A stretch of DNA of 20,000 bases, from IMG/VR virus record IMGVR_UViG_3300031758_000053; one strand, 5' to 3'. The stretch comes from an uncultured virus (IMG/VR IMGVR_UViG_3300031758_000053). Lineage: Duplodnaviria > Heunggongvirae > Uroviricota > Caudoviricetes. The position numbers and the translations under genes were made by a program. Each line of letters starts with the position of its first letter. Positions within the stretch are counted from its first letter, which is position 1. The notes under the pieces are model-generated. The model saw nothing but the letters and a program-made list of their open reading frames with translations. It was not told where the DNA came from and did no database searches. Shown piece after piece: positions 8,322 to 15,948 of the stretch.

Positions 8322-8806
8322 TCCTCCCCTCGCAATCCACGCCACTGTCTGAACTTCTGCCCGTTCTTCTTGGGGCCGTAAGACATTGTGTACATCGCAT
8401 CCTTTGGTGATGATCCTTGTGGATACCAATCAATGCCATCCCAATAGGCATAGACAGACTCAATTTCCTGGCCGGGTCGCCAGCTTTGGTCAACCATGTA
8501 AACGCCGGGGCGAACGGGATCGACATCTGGCGGGAACCAGGGCGTGAGAAACGGGTCTTCCAGTTTTTTGTACTCCATACCAAACAGGGCATTTAGCCCT
8601 GGCAGTAATTCCTGAAGTAACGCGCTTCTGTCAACATGGCTGAAGTCCGCCAAAGGCTGTTCTCTGATGAAATCGTGCAGCTCCAAGATCACATCAATGG
8701 CAATCTTCACGCTGGCACCTTCGCCATCAGTGAACCTGATCCAGTCGCCGTAGAGTTCTACATTCTCTGCGCGGTCGATCTCCGCGCCGTCGTCGTTGAT
8801 GTTCAT
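8318..8806 (-). CDS. Hypothetical protein (162 aa) with a capsid-N-terminus-like peptide and a TPWF-PVR-WRGL domain
   Basis: AGGAG RBS (8811-8815), ATG 8806. Internal RSALLQELLPGLNALFGMEY; C-terminal domain similar to 11277-11486. Confidence 0.8.
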   Translation of the reverse strand: MNINDDGAEIDRAENVELYGDWIRFTDGEGASVKIAIDVILELHDFIREQPLADFSHVDRSALLQELLPGLNALFGMEYKKLEDPFLTPWFPPDVDPVRPGVYMVDQSWRPGQEIESVYAYWDGIDWYPQGSSPKDAMYTMSYGPKKNGQKFRQWRGLRGEE

Positions 8807-9090
8807 ATCGCTCCTAGTTGCCACACACTATTTGCCACCGGCTTGCGTACAGGCACAGCCTTGACTGCCTTGGGCTTTACTCGCAGCACAGGTGGCTTGC
8901 TCTTGGTTAGATATAGCCCACGCTTGGCACCGGGCACCATGTTTACAAGGCACCCCTTTTTGACCAAGTTGTGCACCGCATAGCGGGCCTTGTCGGGCCA
9001 CTGATGAAAGTGCTGACGGATCTCTTTCATGGTGCGTAGGCGGTAACAGAAGTCCAGCACAGCGGCGGAGTGTTCTTTGACGAACTTCAT
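8803..9090 (-). CDS. Hypothetical basic protein, possible winged-helix
   Basis: AGGAGAAGCA-ATG; TMKEIRQHF..ARYAVHNLVKKGCLV pattern; ends ANSVWQLG. Confidence 0.7.
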   Translation of the reverse strand: MKFVKEHSAAVLDFCYRLRTMKEIRQHFHQWPDKARYAVHNLVKKGCLVNMVPGAKRGLYLTKSKPPVLRVKPKAVKAVPVRKPVANSVWQLGAI

Positions 9091-9269
9091 TGCTTCTCCT
9101 GCGTTGGAAAAAAGTTCTTGGGTGAAGACCCAAAACACAACAGCACGGTAAGCGCAAACCACCACCCAGACCACCCGCGCTCTGCCACCAGCCAAGCAGT
9201 GCCAGTAAGGACAAAGATGTCAAACACAAGCATGCCGAAGTACATGAGCATGCGGTAGCTGTTTTTCAT
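9087..9269 (-). CDS. Small membrane protein (60 aa)
   Basis: Two hydrophobic segments around GWSGWWF; ATGA coupling at both ends. Confidence 0.75.
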   Translation of the reverse strand: MKNSYRMLMYFGMLVFDIFVLTGTAWLVAERGWSGWWFALTVLLCFGSSPKNFFPTQEKQ

Positions 9270-9517
9270 TCCTCCCCCTTCAGATACCGCTCCACCGCCC
9301 GAGCGAAGTGGTGGTGGAACCCGCCGTTCTGGTGCCACAGGTCAGCGATGACCTCGTCGGTGAGGGTGCGTTCAATGGGCGGGTGTGTGTAAAGAGGTGT
9401 TAGCCCTTCGGACCGATGGCTGGCTGTGTTTGCCCACGCACGTATGCTCATGTGCGAGCGAAGGTCGTTGAGTTCCTCCAACTGATGGTTCCATGCCCAT
9501 ACAACAGGTTCACTCAT
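9266..9517 (-). CDS. Phage hypothetical protein (EPV..PLYTHP..LTDE..FARAVE type)
   Basis: Common phage accessory motif string; coupled to neighbours. Confidence 0.75.
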   Translation of the reverse strand: MSEPVVWAWNHQLEELNDLRSHMSIRAWANTASHRSEGLTPLYTHPPIERTLTDEVIADLWHQNGGFHHHFARAVERYLKGEE

Positions 9518-9698
9518 CTTCCACCTCCACAAAGTCTCCGTTAGGACACGGACCATGCCCGACCCACGGGCCGATCCACGATTGACGCTGCGCGTCTGGG
9601 GATACAGGGTTGATGTTTACATTCCGTCTGCATTGTTTGCACTGATCAAGCAAGGGATTTGACATGCAGCGGGCGAAGTCTTGGGCGAGGTATTTCAT
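9510..9698 (-). CDS. Small Cys-rich hypothetical protein
   Basis: DFARC..CKQCRR..CP, 62 aa, in operon. Confidence 0.7.
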   Translation of the reverse strand: MKYLAQDFARCMSNPLLDQCKQCRRNVNINPVSPDAQRQSWIGPWVGHGPCPNGDFVEVEDE

Positions 9699-9866
9699 TT
9701 ACTTTGCCCTTACGCAGCGGTACTCAGTAGGCTTGATGCCTAACTCTTTAGCAGCGTTTTCACAAAGTTGTTGACCGTGAAACTCGCCGATTGGTCTCCA
9801 ATCAGTCTTGACATAAGAGCGGTTCATGGCTACCACAGTCCAAAGCATAAGAATGTACGTTGTCAT
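9699..9866 (-). CDS. Small hypothetical protein (55 aa), hydrophobic N-terminus, two Cys
   Basis: Not in the ORF track. AGGAG RBS; MTTYILMLWTVVAMNRSYVKTDWRPIGEFHGQQLCENAAKELGIKPTEYRCVRAK; fills the operon gap exactly. Confidence 0.75.
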   Translation of the reverse strand: MTTYILMLWTVVAMNRSYVKTDWRPIGEFHGQQLCENAAKELGIKPTEYRCVRAK

Positions 9867-10099
9867 GTTCTGCTCCTGATTGCCTCACCAACATCACCCA
9901 GGTAGTCAGCGTAACGTGATGTCTTGTCACGCATGCTGTCGGCCAGCTTGGCGCAGGCTTCTCGCTCCATCAGACAACCTGCTTCAAACGCTGCCCAGTT
10001 GCTGCTTCGTTTGATAACCTCAAAGTCTTCCACGGTAGGCGGTGAGGTAGTCTTGCGTGTAGCTTTCATCCAAGCCAGCCATGCTTCTTCGATGGTCAT
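9863..10099 (-). CDS. Phage hypothetical protein (EREACAK motif)
   Basis: AFEAG..EREACAKLAD..EAIRSR; ATGA coupling. Confidence 0.75.
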   Translation of the reverse strand: MTIEEAWLAWMKATRKTTSPPTVEDFEVIKRSSNWAAFEAGCLMEREACAKLADSMRDKTSRYADYLGDVGEAIRSRT

Positions 10100-10359
10100 A
10101 CTTGCCCCTCCGCTCTTGCAATAGCGGCGCGGGCCGCATTGATGTCGCTTTGCAAGTCCCACTTCTTCTGGAAGTAATCTGTAGCGTAGGTGCCCCAATG
10201 CTCAATTGCATCGGTTGCATCTTTCAACGCCTGTAGCAGGTCAGCATTCACCGCATGCAACCGGCGCAGTTCGGCGGCGGCTTCATCGCAGGTTGGGAAT
10301 CCGCTGTATCGCGCTCCCAATTGGTCAGCCAGCCGCAGTGCAGTAGGTTGTTCATTCAT
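10096..10359 (-). CDS. Phage hypothetical protein
   Basis: ALRLADQL..AAAELRRLH..DLLQAL..ARAAIARAEG motif string. Confidence 0.75.
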   Translation of the reverse strand: MNEQPTALRLADQLGARYSGFPTCDEAAAELRRLHAVNADLLQALKDATDAIEHWGTYATDYFQKKWDLQSDINAARAAIARAEGQV

Positions 10360-10667
10360 ACTTTCCTCCCCCACAAACGCCCCCAGCGTTTACGCCAAGC
10401 GTCGGCGGTCTCCTCAGAAACCTCCTCCATGATGGCGTCGGCTTCATTCAGAGCATGCTCCATCTCCACCAGCACACGGTCTTGCTCGGTGTTCTGCGCC
10501 TCTAGGCTGCACTTACTAGGCATGCAGTCCTGCGTGGCGCAGTGTGGCTGCTCCAGCGCGGCCTCCAACGCCCGCTCCGCATCACAAGGCTGCGTGCAAG
10601 AAATCTCGCGGCGGTATCCGCGCAGGGACTTCAGCGCCTGACGCGCAGCGTCTCTTAGGTTACTCAT
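10356..10667 (-). CDS. Phage hypothetical protein
   Basis: 103 aa, LRDAARQAL start, coupled in operon. Confidence 0.7.
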   Translation of the reverse strand: MSNLRDAARQALKSLRGYRREISCTQPCDAERALEAALEQPHCATQDCMPSKCSLEAQNTEQDRVLVEMEHALNEADAIMEEVSEETADAWRKRWGRLWGRKV

Positions 10668-10848
10668 CTTTCACCTCATCAAACTCAAACACTTCGTGAA
10701 TATCGCCCCAAACTGCGTTTTTGATTTGTTCAATGATCTCGTGCTGACTCGGGGCATCGGTGTGTTTATACGCACGGCGCAAACCGCGTTCGATGCCACG
10801 GTCGATGGCATCCTCAAGGATGACGCGAATCTTCGGTTTAATGCCCAT
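10660..10848 (-). CDS. Phage hypothetical protein
   Basis: 62 aa, AIDRGIERGLRRAYKH..IHEVFEF; GGAGG RBS. Confidence 0.75.
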   Translation of the reverse strand: MGIKPKIRVILEDAIDRGIERGLRRAYKHTDAPSQHEIIEQIKNAVWGDIHEVFEFDEVKDE

Positions 10849-11059
10849 GAGGTTTGCCTCCTTCGTCCAACGGCTGCATACCCATCATGTGCATAGCTTT
10901 ACGCACAGCGTCCGACAGGTCGAGCCAGTCGTTCCAGCCAACAACCGACGGAAGTTCAACTTTGACGCACACCCCGTCAACCATCGTGACGGTAGCCATC
11001 AGCGTTTTCATTTCGTCATCATCGATCTCGATCCTGGTCGGAGTTACAGACAGTTTCAT
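10838..11059 (-). CDS. Hypothetical protein
   Basis: 73 aa, AGGAG RBS, ATGA coupling. Confidence 0.7.
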   Translation of the reverse strand: MKLSVTPTRIEIDDDEMKTLMATVTMVDGVCVKVELPSVVGWNDWLDLSDAVRKAMHMMGMQPLDEGGKPHGH

Positions 11060-11280
11060 TTCAGTCTCTCCTTGAGCATGGCATCTGCGTAGTCGTAAGC
11101 CAACTTCGCCGCCTCTGTTGGCATGTAATCCTCACAAGTCACCTGCAGAGCATTCGCCGCGAAGTAATCGCGCAGGGTCATGCCTGTATAAACGATATTG
11201 TCTGTAACCCTGACGGTGAATGCGGGGCCGCCTGTGCCTTTGACATCAAGCGTTGCATCCCATTGCTCTAGTTCAGTCAT
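11056..11280 (-). CDS. Phage protein of the GMTLRDYFAA family
   Basis: GGPAF..GMTLRDYFAA..AYDYADAMLKER; AAGGAGG RBS. Confidence 0.85.
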   Translation of the reverse strand: MTELEQWDATLDVKGTGGPAFTVRVTDNIVYTGMTLRDYFAANALQVTCEDYMPTEAAKLAYDYADAMLKERLK

Positions 11281-11486
11281 ACATCCTCCTTCAACAGCCC
11301 TCTCCAGGGTAGGTCTTGGAACCGGGAAGAAACTTGATTGAGAGACGCACCGCCGACGGTCCTTGCCGCGAAGTTCCACCCGGCACCATTCCAGTACGAA
11401 TACTCACGGTTGCCGCAGTGGTCACGCTCGTAGATACCGATCCGCACGGGGTGCTCTCCCCCATCAAACCAAGGGGTTTTGTTCAA
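11277..11486 (-). CDS. Hypothetical protein, TPWF-PVR-WRGL domain
   Basis: TTG start overlapping upstream TGA; TPWF..PVRIGIYE..YSYWNG..W..WRGL. Confidence 0.7.
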   Translation of the reverse strand: MNKTPWFDGGEHPVRIGIYERDHCGNREYSYWNGAGWNFAARTVGGASLNQVSSRFQDLPWRGLLKEDV

Positions 11487-11683
11487 ACGAAGTACCCCAC
11501 AAGAGCGGCAATCAAACCAACCACAGCGAAGATCACCAAGACACCGATGGCAAACTTGGCGGTCTCCTCCAGCATCATTTCCCTGGAGTAGAAGTCTGGC
11601 TCTTCCTGCCCCACCTCCGTTGAGGCTTCTGCCGCTTCTGGATAGCGGCCCTGCTGATCGCATCCATTTGGAACTTTGTTCAT
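11483..11683 (-). CDS. Small protein with C-terminal transmembrane helix
   Basis: CDQQGRYPEAAEASTE then FAIGVLVIFAVVGLIAALVGYFV. Confidence 0.75.
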   Translation of the reverse strand: MNKVPNGCDQQGRYPEAAEASTEVGQEEPDFYSREMMLEETAKFAIGVLVIFAVVGLIAALVGYFV

Positions 11684-11904
11684 TGCATCCTCTCAACTTT
11701 CTTGGCGAGAAGCCACTTGTCCAGTAATGAAGGTTGTGCTGGCGGCTCATCGGGTTTTGCCTCAATCAACTTGGCAAACACCCACCTGTCACCGAGCCTG
11801 TTGATTGATCTTGACCACTTCAAGGCATTGGCCCGGTTTGTTTCACGTGGAACGTCCTTGACGTTCCACAACTCCCTGGCGTGTTTCAACAGCTTGGTGT
11901 TCAT
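11680..11904 (-). CDS. Phage hypothetical protein
   Basis: LLKHARELW..NRANALKW.RSI.RLGDRW; coupled. Confidence 0.75.
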   Translation of the reverse strand: MNTKLLKHARELWNVKDVPRETNRANALKWSRSINRLGDRWVFAKLIEAKPDEPPAQPSLLDKWLLAKKVERMQ

Positions 11905-12140
11905 TGCTCAACCCCTCTCTCAAACTTGCGGTAGGTATGGAGGATGCCCTCCATAAGGGTGTGAGCACTCATCCCTTCCAGGGATGCCAGCTTGCAGATC
12001 AGGATTGACAGTGCTGTGTAAATCACGACAGAGTCCATGCCGCCATGCTTCATTGCCAACTCTTCTGCGTTGACTGTGAAGTCTTTGATCAACTGGCTGA
12101 TCATGATGTTGTCGATCTCGTCTTGAGTTGCTTCTTCCAT
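11901..12140 (-). CDS. Hypothetical protein
   Basis: 79 aa, GAGGTG RBS, ATGA coupling. Confidence 0.7.
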   Translation of the reverse strand: MEEATQDEIDNIMISQLIKDFTVNAEELAMKHGGMDSVVIYTALSILICKLASLEGMSAHTLMEGILHTYRKFERGVEQ

Positions 12141-12143
12141 GTC

Positions 12144-12326
12144 TCACCTCTTGATGTTCTTCTGGCTCTTCTGCGGAGCCTTGTTCACCTCAGGGAATGA
12201 CGCAGGCTGAGTTCCTGCCCCTCGTTCAGAGGCCCAGATCAGGGTCGCCTTGTCCTTCGCCGCCTGCGCCTTGCGCTGGTTCTCCGGCTTCATGCTGTCG
12301 GGCATGGTCTTCTCTTTTCGCTTCAT
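12144..12326 (-). CDS. Small basic hypothetical protein
   Basis: AAGGAG RBS before ATG 12326; overlaps the tail of the upstream gene by about 100 nt. Confidence 0.55.
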   Translation of the reverse strand: MKRKEKTMPDSMKPENQRKAQAAKDKATLIWASERGAGTQPASFPEVNKAPQKSQKNIKR

Positions 12327-12621
12327 GTTGGTTCTCCTTGATTGCTAGTTTCTGAAGGTCTTCGTTTACAAGATCAGCGAATGACTTCCCAGACGGGAAC
12401 CTCATACGCGCTGCCTTGTTCTCTGCTACGGATCGCATAGCATCTTTGAGTGCCGTGTTGTAGCCATGTGAGTATCTATCACCTGCCGCAATACGCGCAT
12501 CAATACTTTCCCTAATGACCTGAGCCATCGGCACATCATTCTTGGATGCAAAGCGTTTAAGCCTTGCATACTGGTCAAATGTCAGGTAAGCCATGAAAGG
12601 CTTGAGGTTAGAAATCGTCAT
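12226..12621 (-). CDS. Ribbon-helix-helix DNA-binding protein
   Basis: KPFMAYLTFDQYARLKRFASKNDVPMAQVIRESID matches the RHH pattern; GAGG RBS. Confidence 0.75.
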   Translation of the reverse strand: MTISNLKPFMAYLTFDQYARLKRFASKNDVPMAQVIRESIDARIAAGDRYSHGYNTALKDAMRSVAENKAARMRFPSGKSFADLVNEDLQKLAIKENQHEAKREDHARQHEAGEPAQGAGGEGQGDPDLGL

Positions 12622-12994
12622 TGGCGTCCTCGTACTCTTTGACCAACTGATCAAACAGAGCCTGAGCCTTGGCATTGCCATGCAACTCGGTACGCGACAG
12701 GATGCCGCACCGTTTACACAACTCATCTACCGCCTCGTTTTCTGAGGTCGGCCACCCAAGGTGGTCCCAGAAGTTTGGGTTCTTGCACAGAATCCCGGCC
12801 TTCTGGACCCGGTTGTTGTATGCAGTCGGTGTTTCGTCGTCTTGTATTCGCACGATGGCGCAGGCATACCTTGTCCCGACAAAGTCCCGGAGGATCTCCT
12901 CCGGCACCTCGTCAGGGTGCAGAGACAGGGTGAGCACGTAGCCCGTCCGGTCCTGCTTCAAGGCTACCTTCCGTGCTTCAAACTGAAGTGCCAC
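12608..12994 (-). CDS. Conserved phage hypothetical protein
   Basis: 128 aa, FEARKVALKQ..LSLHPDEVP..CGILSRTEL; GGAGG RBS, GTG start. Confidence 0.8.
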   Translation of the reverse strand: MALQFEARKVALKQDRTGYVLTLSLHPDEVPEEILRDFVGTRYACAIVRIQDDETPTAYNNRVQKAGILCKNPNFWDHLGWPTSENEAVDELCKRCGILSRTELHGNAKAQALFDQLVKEYEDANDDF

Positions 12995-13301
12995 GGAGTC
13001 TTCCCTCCAGCCATTGAATGATGATGTTCAAACGGGCTACCTCTTCATGCAGGACAACAATGGTCTTGTTCTTGTCTGCAATCAACAGGTCATGCTGCGT
13101 CAATTCCTGACGCAGAACCTCCTGCCCTCGGGTGACCTTGGGCTTCTTGGAAGCCTTGCTGCGCTCCTTGGAGTTAACCAAGTAAACGTAAGTGATGTCA
13201 CAGCCAACAGCTACAGCCACATCCTTGGGCTTGGCGCTGGGGTTTTCCGCTTGGTACTTGCGAACAGCAGCGGCCTTGTTCATCTTCTTTTCAGAACTCA
13301 T
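12978..13301 (-). CDS. Hypothetical DNA-binding (HTH-like) protein with coiled-coil tail
   Basis: KAAAVRKY..NPSAKPKDVAVAVGCDITYVY; start could be 13310, 13301 or 13283. Confidence 0.7.
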   Translation of the reverse strand: MSSEKKMNKAAAVRKYQAENPSAKPKDVAVAVGCDITYVYLVNSKERSKASKKPKVTRGQEVLRQELTQHDLLIADKNKTIVVLHEEVARLNIIIQWLEGRLRGTSV

Positions 13302-13560
13302 CGAAGTCATCCTCCTTCTTGGGGGCAGCCTCACGGGTCATGCGACCCACAGACAAAGACAGGTACGTTGCACCGGCCTTGCTCTTCTTCTTCCACCCGG
13401 ACAGCTTGTAGATGTACAAGCCGTTCTCGATGGTGACGTTGCTCATATCCTTGGGGTTGATGGCAATCTCACCCCAGTAGTCAGGACTCTTCTCGCTCTT
13501 CTTGGATTGAGCGGCCATCAAACGCCCGGAGTCGGGCTTCTGTTCAAACGTGTTGTTCAC
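13291..13560 (-). CDS. SSB-like / DUF736-like protein
   Basis: PDYWGEI..LSGWKK..YLSLSV plus acidic tail EDDFDEF; in the recombination module. Confidence 0.75.
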   Translation of the reverse strand: MNNTFEQKPDSGRLMAAQSKKSEKSPDYWGEIAINPKDMSNVTIENGLYIYKLSGWKKKSKAGATYLSLSVGRMTREAAPKKEDDFDEF

Positions 13561-13730
13561 AGCTTCTCCACATACTTCTTGATTGCAGTCTCAACTGCGA
13601 GGGACTTGGAAACCTTCAACTCTTCCAAGCCTGCGGGCAGGGTCTTCCTGATCGCCTCTTGGATTTCAGAGATCAGGGCTTCAGTCTCCAGGGGCAGACT
13701 GATGATGTACCGCTTCTTTGCTTCACTCAC
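13557..13730 (-). CDS. Small RHH-like protein (57 aa)
   Basis: Not in the ORF track. AAGGAG RBS, GTG start; MSEAKKRYIISLPLETEALISEIQ..VSKSLAVETAIKKYVEKL; fills the operon gap. Confidence 0.7.
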   Translation of the reverse strand: MSEAKKRYIISLPLETEALISEIQEAIRKTLPAGLEELKVSKSLAVETAIKKYVEKL

Positions 13731-14397
13731 TTGCGTTCTCCTTGAACTTCGCCTTCATTTCGCTGAAGACATCGCGCACCCGAGTAAACAGATCCGGGTG
13801 ATTGCTCTTGAGGTCATCGATCTTGGTCTGGTTTGCTTTCCAGTAAGACTTCAAACCGGCTTCCGTCTTGCAGATCAAGACAAACTCCACCATCCCATCT
13901 GCGAACAACTCCGCAGACGCACGGTCCAACTCAGAATGAACCGCAGCAGCCTTGACTACCGGGTCTTCCTTCTTGGTCTCTTCCTTCTTGGGCTCCTCTT
14001 CATCCTCCGCCATCGGAAGGTCTTCACCTGCGTAGATGTTTAACCCCAGGCCATGCAGCGCCAGAGCCTTAGCCATGCAGCGCATGATTGCGGTGTTGAC
14101 TTGAAACGAATCCGGGTTTGGGATCGGCTTGTTGCGGTGATCCATCACGGGCAGGAAACAGGTCATCTCCTTGCCAAAGATCGTGACCCGCACCCACACC
14201 ATGCCTGTACCGCCGTTCACCTCCATGTAAGGAATGGTTGTGCCGTCTGCGCGTTCAAACGTCTCAACGTGGAACGTGGCTAAGGGGTCTGCCTTCAGTG
14301 CCTCTGCCCATGCGTGTGACCATGAGAGGTATGAGAGGTTGTTCTTCTTCTCAACGTGCTTTGATACGTCGAGCGCCAACAATTTACTGATCGTCAT
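13723..14397 (-). CDS. DUF1071 / Sak3-like single-strand annealing protein
   Basis: VSKHVEKKNNLSYLSWSHAW..LPVMDHRNK..NTAIMRCMAKALALHGLGLNIYAGEDLP. Confidence 0.88.
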   Translation of the reverse strand: MTISKLLALDVSKHVEKKNNLSYLSWSHAWAEALKADPLATFHVETFERADGTTIPYMEVNGGTGMVWVRVTIFGKEMTCFLPVMDHRNKPIPNPDSFQVNTAIMRCMAKALALHGLGLNIYAGEDLPMAEDEEEPKKEETKKEDPVVKAAAVHSELDRASAELFADGMVEFVLICKTEAGLKSYWKANQTKIDDLKSNHPDLFTRVRDVFSEMKAKFKENASE

Positions 14398-15256
14398 CTG
14401 ATTTCCTTTCGTCTTGGAACTGCTTGCACCATTGAGCCACGCCGCAGAAGTTGCCCGTACAACGGCGTGGTTCTCCCAGTCTTGTTTCAACGTATCCCTT
14501 CTCCTTCTCTGCCAATGCTTTGGCTTCTTCTTCATCCTTGAGGACGCGGATGGCTGTCTTCCTGCCCTCTCTCTTGACGGCATAGACCGTCTCTGACATC
14601 CAACGATCCTCGTTGGAACAAGGGGCCAACTCATCTCCTAGATCGTGATCAACCTTGGAGATGCGATGCGCCTCAAGCCTTTCCCGGATGTAGGCTTCTG
14701 TCTTCTCCAGAGGCCACACCTCAAGATCAACCATCTCAATCGGGGCCTTTGGATAGCCCTCCTTGGTCTCATGGCGGCTGAAGTCCCGAACCAGAGCGCA
14801 GATGCGAAGACCCACAACCTTTTTGCCCTTGACCTTCTCAACCAAGAACCTGTAGACGTTTAACTGCTGGACCCACTCCAGCTTCTCTTGCATCACTGCC
14901 CACGCAGATGTGAACTTGTAGTCTGTGATGATGACGCCGAAGGGCGTCTCCTCTTGCAGGTCAATCGCTCCGCTGATCGTTACTCCATCCACCTCATAGA
15001 ACAGGCGCTCTTCAGTAATGAAGCCTGGGGTCTGCCCTCTTTCCATCACTACGTGCAGTGCCGAGCCGAGCATCGACCACAGCATGTCAGAGACATCCTG
15101 CTCAATAGCATCGTCGTATTGTTCGCGCAAGCGCCTGATGCGCGGCGGGCTCATCAACTCCGTGACGCTGTACTGCGACTTGCCCTTGCTGTAGTATTCG
15201 CGGGAAGCGAGTGTCACTAGGGGAAGTGGCACATCATGTTTGTTTGTGATCTTCAA
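14384..15256 (-). CDS. PD-(D/E)XK (Cas4/RecB-like) exonuclease
   Basis: GSALH..EERL..ISGAIDL..DYKFT..QLNVY, C-terminal RRC..FC....C; TTG start after GGAGAG; adjacent to the annealase. Confidence 0.85.
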   Translation of the reverse strand: MKITNKHDVPLPLVTLASREYYSKGKSQYSVTELMSPPRIRRLREQYDDAIEQDVSDMLWSMLGSALHVVMERGQTPGFITEERLFYEVDGVTISGAIDLQEETPFGVIITDYKFTSAWAVMQEKLEWVQQLNVYRFLVEKVKGKKVVGLRICALVRDFSRHETKEGYPKAPIEMVDLEVWPLEKTEAYIRERLEAHRISKVDHDLGDELAPCSNEDRWMSETVYAVKREGRKTAIRVLKDEEEAKALAEKEKGYVETRLGEPRRCTGNFCGVAQWCKQFQDERKSDDDQ

Positions 15257-15268
15257 GGAAGCTCTCCG

Positions 15269-15712
15269 ATGTGTGATGATCCACATGATAGTGCTAGTGC
15301 GAACACTCTGCAAGTGGTATCGCTAAAAATATTTGGAGAGCCTGCGTCGAAGGCCAACTCAAGGCGGGTGGTCCGTATTGGTGGCAGGTCACGCTTGATC
15401 AAAAGCGACAAGGCTTTGAGCTACTCTGATGTGTTCAAACAGCAGGCACAAGGCATGTGCATAAACCCTGTGCATGGTGATGTGCGGGTGACGATGCACA
15501 TCTGGTATGCCTCACGCAGGCCAGACTTGGACGAGTCCTTGATCTTGGATCTGCTCCAAGGGGTCACGTATGTAAACGACCGTCAGGTCAAGGAGAAGCA
15601 TATCTACTGGCATCTTGATCCAGCAGAGCCACGCACGGAGATCGTGGTGGAGGAACTGCCGATGCCAAAAAAGAAGCCCCGGAGCCGAAGCTCGACGGGG
15701 CTAAAGGGCTGA
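15269..15712 (+). CDS. rusA: RusA-like Holliday junction resolvase
   Basis: GEPASKANSRR..RRPDLD..ILDLLQG..YVNDRQV..PRTEIVV; start codon uncertain (15269 to about 15314). Confidence 0.82.
   Translation: MCDDPHDSASANTLQVVSLKIFGEPASKANSRRVVRIGGRSRLIKSDKALSYSDVFKQQAQGMCINPVHGDVRVTMHIWYASRRPDLDESLILDLLQGVTYVNDRQVKEKHIYWHLDPAEPRTEIVVEELPMPKKKPRSRSSTGLKG
15285..15313 (-). promoter_or_regulatory. Putative sigma70 promoter of the leftward operon
   Basis: Minus strand TTGCAG-17 nt-TATCAT, about 30 nt upstream of the exonuclease start; overlaps the 5' end of rusA. Confidence 0.5.
15667..15702 (-). terminator. Intrinsic terminator (minus strand)
   Basis: AGCCCC-gtc-GAGC-TTCG-GCTC-c-GGGGCT followed by TCTTTTTT. 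Confidence 0.75.
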
Positions 15713-15755
15713 CGCCCCAAGGGAGAAGCAACTGCTCGGAAGGGAGTTACCGAGC
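15667..15755 (-). ncRNA. Putative ~90 nt small RNA with two anti-Shine-Dalgarno tracts
   Basis: Extended -10 upstream; 5' hairpin GCUCGG/CCGAGC with loop UAACUCCCUU; linker GUUGCUUCUCCCUU; 3' terminator with a cUUCGg loop and U tract. Confidence 0.6.
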
Positions 15756-15761
15756 GAGGAC

Positions 15762-15770
15762 ATCTTAGCA
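15762..15770 (-). promoter_or_regulatory. Extended -10 promoter (leftward)
   Basis: TGcTAAGAT on the minus strand; predicted +1 near 15755 coincides with the first base of the hairpin. Confidence 0.55.
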
Positions 15771-15816
15771 TGTCCTGGGTCTTCCTGGGGCTTCTTGAGT
15801 CTTCTTGAAAAAGGCG

Positions 15817-15845
15817 TTGACAAGCCCTTTGTTGTTGAGTAGAGT
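15817..15845 (+). promoter_or_regulatory. Sigma70 promoter (rightward, replication operon)
   Basis: TTGACA (15817-15822), 17 nt spacer, TAGAGT (15840-15845). Confidence 0.75.
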
Positions 15846-15849
15846 TGAT

Positions 15850-15948
15850 CCTGTTGGCGTGGAAACCGACGAGCGAGCCCTTGAGAAACCATCCGCCCTC
15901 TGCCCCAGAGGGTTTCCACCGGATGGCTCCTCAAGGGCTCTTTTGTTT
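15850..15948 (+). ncRNA. c4/CI-like structured leader RNA / attenuator
   Basis: Hairpin 15853-15870 has loop GTGGAAA. Long stem 15875-15885/15930-15940 encloses inner stems and a TTTCCAC bulge complementary to that loop. A U-rich tail follows. Confidence 0.65.

Noticed and set aside
7951..8592. 213-aa minus-strand ORF
   Set aside because: Mostly an off-frame read-through of the Zn-ribbon and 162-aa genes; only the last 36 codons look real.
13192..14043. 283-aa + strand ORF
   Set aside because: Antisense shadow of four well-supported minus-strand genes; no recognisable motifs.
14384..15256. Cas4-like nuclease as evidence of a CRISPR system
   Set aside because: No repeat-spacer array or other cas genes; its context beside an annealase and SSB indicates a recombination exonuclease.
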